Below are positions 39,088-53,745 of a stretch of DNA of 64,000 bases, piece after piece. Location: assembly GCF_964355755.1 (NCBI RefSeq), contig NC_092673.1, forward strand, positions 32,485,648-32,549,647, written 5' to 3'. The DNA comes from Antedon mediterranea (Eukaryota > Animalia > Echinodermata). The notes under the pieces were generated by a model. It searched no databases and was not told the origin of the DNA. It saw only the letters and a program-made list of their open reading frames with translations. Both the position numbers and the translations under genes were made by a program. The first letter of the stretch is position 1, and every line of letters begins with the position of its first letter.

Positions 39088-42000
39088 CAAGGCAGGCAAG
39101 AGAAATTTTACTAACAATACTTTCAAACAAACGATTAATCAACCTCAGTGTCATCAAAGAAAAGACGCCGCCGCCACAAAGTCAGAGTAAAATAAAAGAA
39201 AATAAGTGAATCAATCAAATAAATCGTTTTTTAATTCAATGCGAACGCCTATGATTGAATAATCGATTTTAGCTGTTTTGTTGTTTTAATTGAACCGTTC
39301 CAGAAGAACCCATAGCAATTTAAATCCTTTTGGTGAAAAGTTAAAGTAGGACTTTACGATTACGGGTGCGGCATTCATTTTAAGCGCCGGGTTAGACTTT
39401 TTATGACGACTTTAATTACACCTTTGGTGACGTCACCTCCATCTTTAGATTTAACTGTTATTAATTAATATGAAATACCAGTCATCTGGGTAACGCTGGC
39501 CATTAAATAAGCTAATAAGGCGCCATCTTTCAGGAGGCAGACGATTGATTAATCTATTTTTGCAAAGTAAGCATCAAGAACAAGAATTTAAAAACTTTTA
39601 CTTTACGAAACGATCACTGGTGTTTTTAATAACGTAATAAGTGACTCGTTAAACATGTATTTAAATACAGAAATAAGACACAAATGTTTCTTATTATTGT
39701 TTGACATGTGTTGCTCAAACCGACTGAACGTAATGTCTTCGTGATTGGTTATTTCCGAAGTTACAGCTTCGTTTATTCGGATGCGACCAGCTTTGAATGA
39801 TTCGGCGAGGTTTAGCGACAAATCTTTACCAACAACCAGCAAGGTCATCACACGAATCAATAAAACCCATTCGGAAATGTTCACTCGGCGTACGCGTAAC
39901 ATCTTCCCTCCCTGCTCGAGTTGGTCGCGTTTTCGCGCAAGGCGGAAATGGACGGTGCCTAACAAACCGTTCCATTTTGAAAAATAAATTGAGCTTAATT
40001 GATTCAAATAAGTAATTCATTTTGGCAACACAACTTAACAATAGCTAATGTTTTTACTTAGTTGTTCATTAGTTCGCTTGGTTTAATCATTTTACTGAAT
40101 CATTTTGTTAAACCTAAGATGGCGCCATAATTTGCGTGCAGACGAATCGTTAGCTAACTTCCTGCTCTGTGCCCTGGGTGGCGTAAATGTAAAGATGTCC
40201 ACACGGTGAATGAATTATTACATTTTGCTACGTGTGAAAAGGATCCTTAAAGATTCTTAAAATAGCGATGAGTTGCTGTTATTGGGTCCACCCGAATGAC
40301 TAAGGTGCCGAACAAAACAACAACACTTTTTTTTCTCTTGATAACTTATGCAATACCATTATAAAAACACAGCAAGATAATAATCGATGATAAATTGTGA
40401 TCATTGATCGATCAGTACATGTATTATTTTGTCATAATTATCATTAATGTTATACATAACGAAATGCTTTGATTTGTTTAAAGAGTTGGTGGTTATGTAG
40501 GATGGTACTCATGTTTTACGGTGTCATCTTCAGATAGATCGCTTAGGACGTTAATTCTAGGGCAATCATGATTTTAAAGTCACACGTTAAAATATAGTAG
40601 AATCCATTTTTTAGGACACCCCTATTCAGGGGATCACACCCCTACTATCGAAATACACTAGGCCCTAAGCCTACTGCATGACAACTGCACGAAGAAGAGA
40701 AAGAGAGCCTACAATAACTTGAATTCTACATTATGCGTTTATAAGTTTTTTTTCCTAATAACAGAACAAGTTATTTAATTTAAGTGGATCAGTTCAAGGC
40801 CAGCGTATTCAAATAATAAAACAATATTAGACAATATTTAGGCCTATATAATGAAATCCAATGTAATTATTAGCAGCCATTAAACAGCTGTTAAATACAT
40901 AATTAAGAAGCATGTGTTTAAATGGATTGGTGTTACGTTAGGGTGATGGGGTACACCACGTGCCCAACGAACGGCAAACAATACTTCGATCAACCAATCT
41001 AACAAATAATGTGAAAAATGATGTTTAGAAATATAATTAAGTTAAAATGATTGTTACCAATTGTCATAAAACTCATGAACGTCAACCAATTTAAAGACAA
41101 AAATAATGCGAAAATGATGTTGAGAAATATAATTAAGTTATTTAATTATTTTAATAAATTGGCATTAAAAGAAAGAAATAATGAAAACAAATAACAAATG
41201 ATTAAGGTAAAATTATTTCAATAAATTAGAATTAAACCTGGACGTTAACAAAAATCTAAAGAAAAATTTGAAAAATGACAAATATAATTAAGTTAAAATT
41301 ATTTTAATGAATTGCAAACAAACTATATAAATATTATCTATTGTATGTTGACCATTTAAAACCTGTGCTGTACATGCGATTTGAATGACGCATTGAGCAG
41401 CATAGAGATAGTTCTTTTAATGATGCGCTGTTTCTCTTGAGAATAATAATGCGACTTAAAGTTAAACAATAACAATATCCGAGTATCAAATACAATTATT
41501 AAAAAGATGCACTATTCTCTTGAATTAGAAATTTAAAAAAACATAAAACTCCAATTGTAAATTTATTATCAACAAAACAAATTTTAGTAAGACATTGAAC
41601 AAAAAGAGTATCGTACCAAATCATTGAATATGTAAATATACAGCTTTGAACATAATAAGAAAACAAACACAAAAATAAAACACGTACACAAATTAAACAA
41701 AATCACATCATTAAACAGACTCAAAAGAAAACAACTGAAAATGAAACATTAACATTTGTTTAGCAAGATAGTAAATAATAATCAAACAATAACCACATTA
41801 TATGAACATTTCCAAAAAAAGAAAAACTCTAAGAACACGACACTTTTCAAGATATTCAACAAACTAACTTTTAAACCTATTGTTTGTATATCAAAAACAT
41901 TGGTTTTCATAATTAAAAGACATATACCGGTAATCTTCAACAAGAAAATTAATTTAGTGCAGTGTCTCGTTTTTAAGTTATGCATTTCGATGCTTCAGAT

Positions 42001-44231
42001 CTTTAGATATGTATTACTACTTACTTTCCATTTCTCATTTAAATGTATTCGGTCCTCGAGCTGTTTTTTTCAGGAAAAAGAAATATATATATATTTTGTT
42101 TATCTTAAGGAAGATCGCAAACAGACTTTCAAATTCAACAATGAAAGAAGAGCTCTTTACATTATAGCATTGGACATTGGACATTATATATATATATATA
42201 TATATTAGGACATCTGCATATCAAGCAGGCGGTCCGAGTTCGAGTCTCGGTTGGGGCGACTTTTTCTCAGTGAGTCATCATATGAGAATCCAGTTTAGCC
42301 CTAATGTGTAGTTGGGAAGAGAACTATAGTTCTGTTTTGGAACGTGGTTATGATTGCAAGTATCTATGCGAACCTTATATAAAGTATTATAATGTATTGT
42401 TTCTCATTTTTTTGTTGAATATGCCACTTTAATGTCACATAGTGAATACCATTGTTTAACCCCTCCTTATTAATGAACACTCTCTCATGAAGCGAACGAG
42501 GGGAAATTATATTATATTTAAATACTACGGATACAAGAGTAAGCTATTAAATCCATTTTTTTGGGGTAGAATTTTAGAAGTTAAAGTACTTATACAAAGA
42601 TTTGTTTGTTTGTTTTATCTTTATAAACATTCAATATTTGAAATTGTTTTATTGTCTACAGAATTTTGATCATTTTTTATCGAATCGTTAGAAGACACTT
42701 CGCGATAATTGCCCCATTATCAACGAAATTTCAATGAAGATTAATGAAGCCTTGACTGCTGATGAGGTATCGAAACCCCTGCGACCTACTCTACTTATTT
42801 TAAGCAATATCGAAAAAGTCACATGTCGAGAAACGAAGCTAATTATAGTGTAGGCATGTGTATCTCCCAAGATCCTCTTAAAAATGATTGCTAATATCTA
42901 TCGAATTATTGTTTACCATCTCGCCGCACATTGTCAAAATAGAGAAGGTAATGTTAACCTGAACGGCGCTTAACTAGGCCAATATCATTTTCATTGCTAG
43001 GATAAGTGACACTGCAAACGGAAATAAAAATGTGAAGTCAGGTAACAACAAATAATATAAAAGCATTTCTGAAACGAGAACATGAAGTGAACTAAGAAAT
43101 GTAGACGATAGATTCACTAACTTACGATGCAATAATTAACAGCAGTTTTGTATCTTGAGAGATAATCAGAAACGTGGTTGTTCATTTTCGTTCCTTTGAG
43201 TCTAAACAACTTCCTTCATTATAAGGTGAACGACCATCATTTCTAATAAAATCGAGGAGGAGGAAATCAAGATTCAAATGTTTAAGTTGAATGAGTTCGT
43301 AATCAAAACATGCGTGCGTAACGCGTCATCATGCGCATAAACGCCACAGGTAATGTAACCGCACAAGAGACGACATCTGTCTTATAAGCTTGTTTTTACG
43401 AATGTTGTTATAGTTCGGTCTTTATAAACTTGGTGAATTTGATTTTCTTTTCTTTGCCGTCATCGTGCAACGTACCGCACTTAATTTGCTCGACGTACGC
43501 CGCTGCGGCACAATCTCAGAATACACATTATTAGCCCGTTATCGATACTGTATTAATTGTATCATTGTACCAAAACATTCAATAATACACCGTCACATAA
43601 GTATCACATGTGATACATGTAACATGCCATAAGCCTAACCTAACATTACAAATTCTACATGTTATATAGATGAGAACGAATTTACCTATGATAGGTAAGG
43701 ACAGATACTGATGTGTACAGATAATCGGATTAAAATCAGAAAAAAAATTTAAAATTTTGCTCATATTCTTATCGCGGACACTTTTGTACCTTATAGTAAA
43801 ATACACATGGACCTGTCATTTCAATCAATTCTGCGATTTGAAAGCCTTTGGGCGCAACATTTGTTTTAAACCGTGCATTATAGTATAATACGTAAAACAT
43901 AATGATTAATACCGGTATCATTATAATAGTTTAACCAGAGAACGATTACATGACACACAGAAGATACTTGTGAATGATTAATTATTGATAACAACATGAC
44001 GACGACGATACTGATGTTGAAATTATTGATGAAAAATTCAGATGGAGATTATGATGCTGATAATAGTATTGTTAATGAGAATGTCTGTGTCTGTGCAAGC
44101 CGCATATCAATACTGCGTTTATCGCGCCATGAAAAAAGAAGATTACGAACACCCGAGAAGAAAATCAGATCGGAAAACTTCGCAATTTCAATCCAAAATT
44201 ATAGTCGCGCTGTCAAAAATGGCTGTCAGAA

Positions 44232-44670
44232 TAATCCGGGAACTATAATTTATGAACCATGAACTGTGATAAGATGTCAGTGCCGCTACTATTTCTCTAA
44301 TCTTGTTAAATTAAGTTATAAGTTATACTTAGTTTGTAACTTTTAATTAGGCCCTGGTTTTATAACTTTTACTTATTTTCTAAGTCTCTCCACCGCACAA
44401 CAAATTAAATATGATGAGGTCTAGAGATGACATGCACAAATTATGTTTAAAATCCGGGAACTATACCAGGATTTGAACCAAGTATTTCGATAAGATGTCA
44501 ATCGCCAATTCACAGTGCCACTACTATTTCTCTAATTTGGTTAAATTAAATTATATACTTAGTTTGTAACTTTTACTTAGTTGTATAACTTTTACTTTTT
44601 TTCTAGAACCTCTCCACCGCACCACAAATTAAATATGATGAGGTCTATGGATGACATGCGCAAACTATGC
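44232..44670. repeat. ~220-bp tandem duplication
   Basis: aatccgggaactata...ctactatttctctaat...caaattaaatatgatgaggtcta...atgacatg occurs twice. Confidence 0.9.
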
Positions 44671-45005
44671 TTAAGAATAATACATTTCTTAGACATTTCC
44701 TTAAACATGATTGCACGACGAATTTCCATTGGTTTTACGTAAATCGTCAGCTACACATAGCATACTTTTAACGGTAACAAACCGCTAAGCCAATCGCTTC
44801 GACGGTTGCACCGGATTACAGTTTTAAATCGGAATTTATTGTATTTAGCGGGAATTATAAGATATCCGATTTAACTGAAACAAACATGTGAGTGATGACA
44901 CGTTCTTAATAATTATATAATTTATAAATTGTATTACGTCAGACTAATGACATTATGTAAGTTTCCAAATTATCGTCTGATTTTTACAACATTTAATTTT
45001 AAGAA

Positions 45006-45300
45006 TTAAAGATGTATTGTCCCCCAAAAACATGAAAAATAAAGATTAATAAAATCAGACTTTGATTTTGATTTTGATAAAGTTAATCACTTCCGTAGCA
45101 AAAAACCCCTAAAAAATAAATGTTGTCACTTATAAAATAATAATTCAACCAAAATCTCATTGGCTAGCAGCAAATTTGACTATTTTTTGCTTTACATTAC
45201 AGTTTTTTAGGTAAATATATTTTTTCCGATCCAATTTTTGGTCAAAGTAGATAATTATATTAGCAATATTAAAAACAAAATATTTTTTGAGAATTATATT
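45006..45300. mobile_element. Copy of the TTAAAG-ended (Kolobok-like) non-autonomous element
   Basis: ttaaagatgtattgtccccc...aatcacttccgtagcaaaaaacccc...ccaatttttggtcaaagtagataa aligns with 1873-2193. Confidence 0.7.
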
Positions 45301-47449
45301 TTTACGGGGACTCCCATTCCCATACTTTTGAATGAAGTGGGAGTGTTGGGTATCGGTAAAGGTCAAAATAATTGCATAAAGTTTGGTTCCCGGCCCGTGC
45401 AATGACGTCACGCGCAAGTAATTTGACCAATCACAAAACTCAGTTCGAATAATCTATCGTTTGTGATTGGTTAAATGCATGCTATTTACGAGTAAACCGA
45501 CTGCTGTAGCTTGGAATGTTAACGCACACTAAATACAAATAATAATTCGAACATAACTAATTATAAGTCACTATCGGAGGATCGCATAATTTTCTTTCGC
45601 TGAACCTTTGAAAATTGACTGCACCTCGATAGATCACCTGACTCTACAAAGGTGAGGTGTTAAAACAGGCACCAGGATCAGGCTCATCAGCTAGCACTGG
45701 GAATTTGCATTAGTGGGACTAAGCAAAACCGGGCACTGATCAACAGAGCGCAACACATCACACCTTGCAAAATGACAGTAATTTAGCGCGCGCTCACAAG
45801 AACAAAATGTAAAAGTAGAACAATCACTACTTCAATTAGCAGCTTATTACGTCACAAAAATACAATACTCATTATTATTACAACTATTTTTTAACACAAA
45901 TACAATAATTTAGGTATATAATATACATCCGGGCCTATAGGTTTTTTTGATAAAATCGACAGCTTGTAAGTTGCCATATAATTAAAATAAATACTATTTC
46001 ATAGCCTATGTAAATATATAGAACGTGATTTGGTCGTAAAGGCATCAAATAACTACCGTTTCGTAAAAAATGAATGAAGATGAACTAGAGAGAATTCACA
46101 AAAGGGTATCGCAATCAACAATAATAAATAGGCTGCAAAAATAATCCGTTAATCAGTGTAGTAAATAAACAGTATGTGATACAATAAAAATAGAATAATA
46201 TGTTTACACTAAGTAAAATAATAATAAATAGCCTGATACAGAGTACGTTGTACAAATGTTTCCATATATGGAGATGATGATGTCATATCACTACCATTTT
46301 GGGTACTTTTTGTAGACGGAGCTTTATATACAAAATGTAATATGATCTATTAATGTAAAACAAGTAACATACATAATGTAACACAATAAAAAATATGACG
46401 TATAAAACATAATGTTGTGATGGCGCTAGTTACAATCCGTTATGCGTGATTAATATTATTAAATGACGTAATGCATTACAGTCAAAAAATAAGGAGAGGA
46501 AGATTTGTAGGCCTATACTCGTGCTCGTCCACTGCGAGTATGGGCGAGTTATGTGCCATGCTATTGTGTCAATGTTGTAGATTCACTAACGAATTTAGCC
46601 GATTCAGACATAATATAGTGAGACAAAATGGGGTCAATAGTGTAATATTTTCTTAGTATTAATTCATGTTATTCATCTAAGGTTTTAAAGAAAAACTATA
46701 TAAAACTTTGTTATGTAAAACTATTTATAGGAGATAACAAATTAAAATTAATTTTGAATTTTCTAAATAACCTAAGGCTAGAATCAAAATCATAATTGGT
46801 TTTTATATCGAATTCATAATTATAACGATTGGTGATTTGGTTGGTTAATTACGCGCGAGGTACGCTGTTTTGTTGGTGATAATTGCGCCAAATTATTTCT
46901 ACCACCTTAGTTCACCTAACAGCGAATAAATTATACACAGTTCATTATATTGAATTCAAGTAGAATTTGAAATCTCTTAGATCGCATTAAACGCTTTCCT
47001 CTGAGTTACGCCAAAAAATTATGGACAAATTATGACCGAAATTAGTGAAGGTGTGACAAGAAAAAAAAATGGACTAAATCAGTAAGCAGTGAGCCGTGAC
47101 ACTGCTATTAATATCGCGTAAGATATCTCCACATATCGCTTCAGTATTATGGAGAATAGACAAACGAGACGTTTGGGACCATTCGCGAGAAAACTTATGA
47201 ATAAATAAGAAAGCAATTGCAAACGCAATTAAGCCCCTTTAGGCCATCACAAAACAATCTGTTGTTTTACAGACTATATTGATATTTCATTTACTATTAT
47301 TCGAAATGGGATTAGTATTTCAAATATATTGGAATTTTATTTATACAATATTACAATATTAAGTTTTGTTATGGGAATTTAAAAAAAAAACAATATATAC
47401 AAAGTAAAAAAGAAAAATCAACGGGATTATCAATGACGTTAAAAAATGT

Positions 47450-48245
47450 AAATCTAGATGACGAAGATTGCTGGTTATAAAAATGTAATTGATTTTTAAG
47501 AAAAAAACAATGAGGATAATAATGATGATGATGATGAGAGGGTAATACTGATAATCTTGATAATGACGATAATGATGCTATAATGATGATGATGACGACA
47601 TTCGATTCAAAATACAAAAAATGATGACACTCATAAGTTGATTTAAAGATGATGACATTGATGATGTCGATGATGCTAATGAAGAATATCGATGATGACG
47701 ATGATTATGACGTTGATATAAAGATAATGACAATGGTGACGTTGATGTTGTGACGATATTGATAAATGTTGAAGTTGATGATGGTGATGATGATTATGTT
47801 GATATAAAGATGATGATAAAAAGGTTAAACGACGATGGTGAAGTCGAAGATGATTATGATGGTGATAACGTTGATACAAAGATGATGACGTTTATGATGA
47901 TAACGAGGTTGAAGTTGATGATGATGATGATGATTATGATCTTGATATAAAGATGATGACGATGAGAGACGTTGATGTTGTGACGAAGATGATAAAAGGT
48001 TGAAGTTGATGACAGTGATGATGTTGATGATGTTGATAGAAAGATGATGACATAGATGAAAGTGATGCCGAAGATTTATGATTATGACAAGAATAGATAC
48101 AATGATGGTGAAGATAATGGTGAAGATGATGATGATGACGTATTCATGACAATGATGATAACGAAAATACATATAGTTTCCGTTGATGAAATTGATGATT
48201 CTAAATTATGATTAAATACAATTATGATGGAAATGATGATAATTT
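47450..48245. repeat. Degenerate (GAT)n low-complexity tract
   Basis: GAT/GAC-rich with frequent frame changes and stops; source of the spurious His/Ile/Asp-rich ORFs. Confidence 0.9.
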
Positions 48246-50965
48246 AAATAATTACTAATTAAAATCTCAGTATTGATGCATAATGCCAAGGGAATAGATT
48301 TTTTTTAAAGTCTAATTATACTTTAATGATGATAGCGATACATTAACGAAAAGGGTAAAAGAACGTCACACTAGATTGACGGCAACACTGCTTGCTAATG
48401 ACTTCAATTAATAAATAAAAAAATGACGCCTCGGATGGCGAGATAAAACACCGTAGTATCTCGCCCGTCGCGCATATCTAAGAGGTTTTAGTCTGCTTGG
48501 TGACATATTCCACACAGACGATGCTACACGATTCCTGTGAATACATTTGAAAAGTTAAAAAGACAATATTGAAAAGAAACAAATCGAAGTGGCTGGCAAT
48601 TTCAGTTCAATTTGCAGGTCTGTCATGCGTGTCACTATATGTTGGATACTTGGCGACTTTAACCCAACTGGGAATCGTGTTTTTAAGTGTAGTTGAGTTA
48701 AGAATTGAAAGCCGATTCGCTCATCGTTTATCACGGACCAGTCGCGCTTGCTAAAGCTAAGGAGAATGTACGCGAGTACGCATAATTTGAGCAGGTGTTT
48801 ATGATATACGATACATATTCGATCATAAGTTTATGATAGGGTAATTTCAAGCATTCATAAAAAGCTAAACGTGTCCAATTTAGCAGACAATATATTCAGT
48901 ACTACTATAGTTATGTCGCCTCCGTTATCTTCATTACAAACAAACCGTTCTTAGATGTTCATTTTGTTTGCCGTTTATTCACGTTTTATGATGAATCGTG
49001 ACGTCACTGGTTCATCGATATTTGTTTCGTATGTGATGCTGATTTGATTATCAGCCCATTGCCTCTGTTCTATATTTCTTTTTTACCTGTCCTAGTTATC
49101 TCTAAATATAGGCCTGTACAATGTTAAGACAAGTCATGAACATACACAACGTGTAATAACGGCCTATAGAGTGTTACACAGGTTTAGCATATTATCATAA
49201 AAGAACAACACTTAAAATGAATGGTGAAAATTGTCGATTGAAACAGCCCTATGCCTCACATCAATGATCAGTCAGTGGCACATGATACACCACATGCGAT
49301 ACGCACGTACACGAACAATTGCGTCTTGCTTCCTGTTATAACAGCTACGTGACGCTCAGAGTTAACCACTTCGTACAACTTTCCACGTGAAGTGACGTTT
49401 TACCAGCTCTTTGCAGGTCTACAACTAAAATCATCACCGCTTTCATGCGCAGAAAGCCATGTAGTAGAATTAGCGCAACCGTACACGCGCAAATGGACAG
49501 GCAGACAGACGGACAGATCAAATGACTAATCTATTACAATACTGTTAATAAACCCTGAAATTCTCTTTATATTGTTCAAATACAAATTAGTTAAATTTAG
49601 TGTGACGCTACGAAATAAATACATAGTTGTATACCAGTTCAAGCGTGTCGCCGGCGTGTACATGTTGTGAGCTTCGAATCATAAAATCAGTTTCAATAGT
49701 AGTATATTCTGTTGTTAAGGTTAGTCTGGGAATTTGCCATACGGTTTTGCACAATACCAACTTTATGAGCAAACCACGTATAAAAATGAAATTTCAATTA
49801 ATAAATATTAGGTGATAAAATGACTAAAATAACAACTGCTAAGAAAAGAAAAACTGCTATTTTTACATCTAAATTGTACTCAATAAGACTAATAACCAGA
49901 GTGAATTCTCACAGATTAAATGGATGTTATGATCAACATTAACATTTTGATTAAAGATAAAGACACGTCAATCAAACAATATCCCTATATTATATTTATA
50001 TTACATTTCATATGGCAAAGCTATTAATTTTGCTTTATTATTATTGTATTATATTATTACTCTTATTTTAATAAAACATGTTATGAATTCATCTTCAATT
50101 TGTCAGTTTGATTGAGTTTATTACTCGTTAAAGATGTTTATATCACAGATGTACTGTAGGCAAGCCAAGTAACCTCGCGTTCTACATAGCGATATAAAAC
50201 TAAGAATACAGCAAAAGATAGATACAGTAAGTATGGTAGTATTAAAAATAATTATATTTATATAGATTATTAAATATTATTATATTAAAAATATCGGGAA
50301 TTCATAATAGTTTAACATTATATTTTTTTAGATAAAAAAAATCCCATTAGAACGCCTCCTGTGGAACATCCCTGTGAAGGGGACAATTTCCCGCGAAACT
50401 AACGAAGGACAATATGTTCAACACCTCAAATTCCTCCTTTTTAATTTGCACTTTCAACATTAATATTTTACTCTCTTTTTTTACATTGTCTGTTGATTGT
50501 TCAGTGCTTAGAGAAACCCTGCATTTTGCGCTATATTAAATTGAAAATTATTATTATTAACACTCCGCCGACTAACCTCGATTTTGGAGGAATTAATTGC
50601 ATGGACTATTTTTTATCGTTGTGTGTGAAAACGTTAATTTTAACAAAATGGATTACCGCTTTGCGTTAGATAAGAAACAATCTGAATCTGAACATAACCT
50701 CTGTAAAATTCTGGTGTTACGCGGTCGAAAATCTCATACTTAAAAGCTTGTTACTGTTATTGAGACTTTTTGGTTTAAGATAAATTCGTACATTTTTGTG
50801 AGGTTTTACACAAAAAAAGCACTAAAACCGATTTTAATGAGAACTAACATGTGTGGTTATATCACTATAACTCCATTTTTATTACAGGTCAGTATTTGTT
50901 TTGACGAGGTTTTATAAAACAATGTTTTGTAGTAAAGGCGTGTTATGGTTTGTGAAACGTTTATT

Positions 50966-51443
50966 ATGACATTGCACCGAAAGTAAGTATATATAATGCC
51001 ATTGTACCGAAAGTAAAGTTTAGATTAATATAATGCCATTGCACCGAAATTAAGTCTATATAATGCACCCGATTCTGCTACTGTCAATAGGTATGTATCT
51101 GTATAACTATCAGCAAGTGTATGCTGCAACGTGGATAACTTTCTATAGTTATACAGATATCACCTAGGGACAGTAGCAGAATCGGTTGGATAATGCCATT
51201 GCAGCAAAAGTCAAGTTTAGATTAATACAATGCTATTGGACCGAAAGTAAAGTTTAGATTTTATAATGCCATTGCACCGAAAATAATGTTTATTTAACGC
51301 TATTGCACCGAAAATAAAGTTTTATAAAGCCATTGCACCGAAAATAAAGTCTATAATATAATGCCATTGCAACAAAAATAAAGTTTTATAAAGCCATTGC
51401 ACCGAAAATAAAGTTTATATAACATGCAATTGCACCGAAATAT
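50966..51443. repeat. ~30-36 bp minisatellite (gccattgcaccgaaa core, 11 units) interrupted by a MITE
   Basis: Core at ~50971, 51001, 51038, 51198, 51235, 51271, 51302, 51332, 51366, 51396 and 51429. Confidence 0.9.
51066..51188. mobile_element. Palindromic MITE (CA...TG ends, ~7-bp TSD) inserted in the minisatellite
   Basis: cacccgattctgctactgtc...gacagtagcagaatcggttg with inner arms tatctgtataactat/atagttatacagata; flanks tataatg and gataatg. Confidence 0.8.
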
Positions 51444-51909
51444 ATGCCTCTCGTTCTTGCTTTGTTTCGGGCGATATACATGCATCACTCACTAAAAGAA
51501 TTAAATTGTAAGACGAAGCTCAACGTCTCATTCGGAGGACGAGACAAACAACTAGACATATTTCGTGAACCGATTGGTTTGACGTATTATCACGAACGAT
51601 GATTCCCCCAATCAAAATTAGAGTTGACTTTAGGATGAAATTAAAAGTTTTCATATTATAGATTTAAAATAGGATAATCATTTACTGTCCAATCATTACG
51701 ATGATCAATAAAAACATGACGACACTTGATTGGGAGACAATCATCGAAGACAGTTACTGTATATTTAATTTAGTTTTCTGTAGAAAATGTTTATTTAGGC
51801 CTATCTATCGTCACTGCCATATCCATAGTATGAACTTACTGTAGTCCTAGTATAACAAAGCCGTAAGGCAAATAATATTTATATCTTATTATTAAAAGTA
51901 AAAAACATA

Positions 51910-52186
51910 GGCCGTGTTTCCACAGCCAAAATTACCCGATAATTAAACGATAAAATTTAACCGATAATTTGCCAGTGGAAACGGAGTTTAAAAATTAACC
52001 GATAATTATCTCATTCAAATCAGATAATTATCGGATAAATGCGATAATTGTTAACCTTTGACCTGAAGGAAAACATTGTTGCAATGTGATTGGGCATCTG
52101 GTTGGTTGGTAATGACTGATCATACGCACTTTATTGGTTAAAAAATTAACTGATAATTTTGTTTTGGCTGCAGCGGAAACACGGCC
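51910..52186. mobile_element. Harbinger-like MITE with a 3-bp TSD
   Basis: ata-ggccgtgtttcc...ggaaacacggcc-ata, with internal cgataatt repeats. Confidence 0.8.
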
Positions 52187-52585
52187 ATATATCTGAAGTT
52201 TTACACACTCACAAGTTCAAAGTGAATCCTACGATATATAGGTCTACATGCACGTTATTGTGTACATAAAAATTATGGTTCATGTAAACGGAAACACTAA
52301 AAAAATGTCGGCAGTAAAAACGTAATGCAGGTTAGATAATATTACCGTGTCCGGTCAAGTGAACGGTTACAAGCATCATACAATCCGACAGATCGTCAAC
52401 CTGCATTTGTACACATATTTCCGTTGTGTTAAAATACAAGGAGTCGGTAATCCACATTATTTCATGTAACGTTATATTTAAAAGTTAATGACGGCGAATC
52501 ACTTTAAACGTGATAATTTTCTATGGCGTCAAAGTAATCAGCATAGCAGTATGCGTCTGTATGGGTTGTTAGTACGTATACTTAA

Positions 52586-52736
52586 AGCTCTGTCTACACT
52601 ATCACAGTTTTTTGTGATGTCATGTGGACATAATATAATAGATATGATGATGTCATATTACTACCATATTTGGGCATATCACTACCATATTTGGGCACAA
52701 TCTTTGTCAAACTAGTTTGATAATGGAGACAGAACT
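52586..52736. mobile_element. Same AGCTCTGTCTACAC MITE family, TAA TSD
   Basis: taa-agctctgtctacactatca...tgataatggagacagaact-taa. Confidence 0.8.
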
Positions 52737-53479
52737 TAAAAAAAGAAAATTGCGCAGGGTGACATGTACAACGCAAGGACGTAGGAGCACCGCAGGTAAT
52801 TTGACCAATCACGACGCGATGGATCACCCGAACTGTCGCTTGCGATTGGCCGACTACTCACTACGTCATTATGGAAGTTTAGGGAGTTTTCAGCGGAACA
52901 CGTAAACTATATACTATTTGTTCTTTTACAGTAAAATAAATATGAACATTTCTATGGCAAGGTATTAAAAGAAGGAATAATTTTGTTAAGAATGTAGCAC
53001 CCAACAAACGTGAAACTCGTATTTCGGTGTTATAGGCCAATCGTGACTACTGTGGCTAGGCCACTCGTGATATTTTGTTAACTACGCCCTAGCTTTATAT
53101 AGATGATCTAATCACTAGGGAAATTATCGACGGTGGCTCTCGTCAGATACGTCTCCTGTCGTGGTTTTCTATCTGTATTTAGATTTAATAAGACTCGCCT
53201 TAAATCAACTGGATTGAATGGTGGTATTTGTAAAGTTCATTGACTAGGATTTTTACTACTACTCTACTTATCCGAAAATCCTTCGTTCCGGCTTGTCGGT
53301 CCAGGAAAAGTATTACGCTAAACAAAGAACACGGCGTTTAATGATGGCGTTAGATGATTTATGAAATTAAAAGGATGACACGTGATCTATAGAATTTGAT
53401 TGTTGACCAATTTGTAGCAAGGTGTTACTGTACTGAAATTAATTTAAAGCAATTCAATCATTCATATCCATCGATCAAT

Positions 53480-53745
53480 AACATCGAAAGAGAATCAATA
53501 GGTCAAAAGGGTTATTAATCATCATTGATTTATAACCTTTGACATAGGCCAATGTTGCCGACATTTATTCGATCAAATTCAACTGCAGAAAATCAAAGGT
53601 CAAGAAGGTTATTAATGATCATTGATTTATAACCTTTGACATAGGTCAATTTATGACATTTATGCGATCGAATGGAACTACAGAAAATCAATAGGGCAAA
53701 ATGTTATTAATCAGTGTAGCCTTTGACCTAGGTCAATGTTGCAGA
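53480..53745. repeat. ~95-bp tandem repeat x3, rich in AGGTCA and CCTTTGA motifs
   Basis: aatcaa.aggtcaa..aggttattaat..tcattgatttataacctttgacatagg.caat is repeated. Confidence 0.8.

Noticed and set aside
39603-40007. 134-aa minus-strand ORF
   Set aside because: No recognisable motif or partner exons; better explained as a locally GC-richer non-coding island. Not fully excluded.
41756-42208. 150-aa plus-strand ORF and similar K/I/F-rich ORFs
   Set aside because: Composition reflects AT-rich non-coding DNA; non-ATG start and it ends in a TA microsatellite.
47369-48172. His-rich or Asp-rich (biomineral-like) ORFs
   Set aside because: Degenerate GAT tract with stops and frame shifts; no sustained frame or clear splice structure.
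50966-51443. CRISPR-like regularly spaced repeat
   Set aside because: The intervening sequences are short and similar to each other, no cas genes are present and the DNA is eukaryotic; it is a minisatellite with a MITE insertion.
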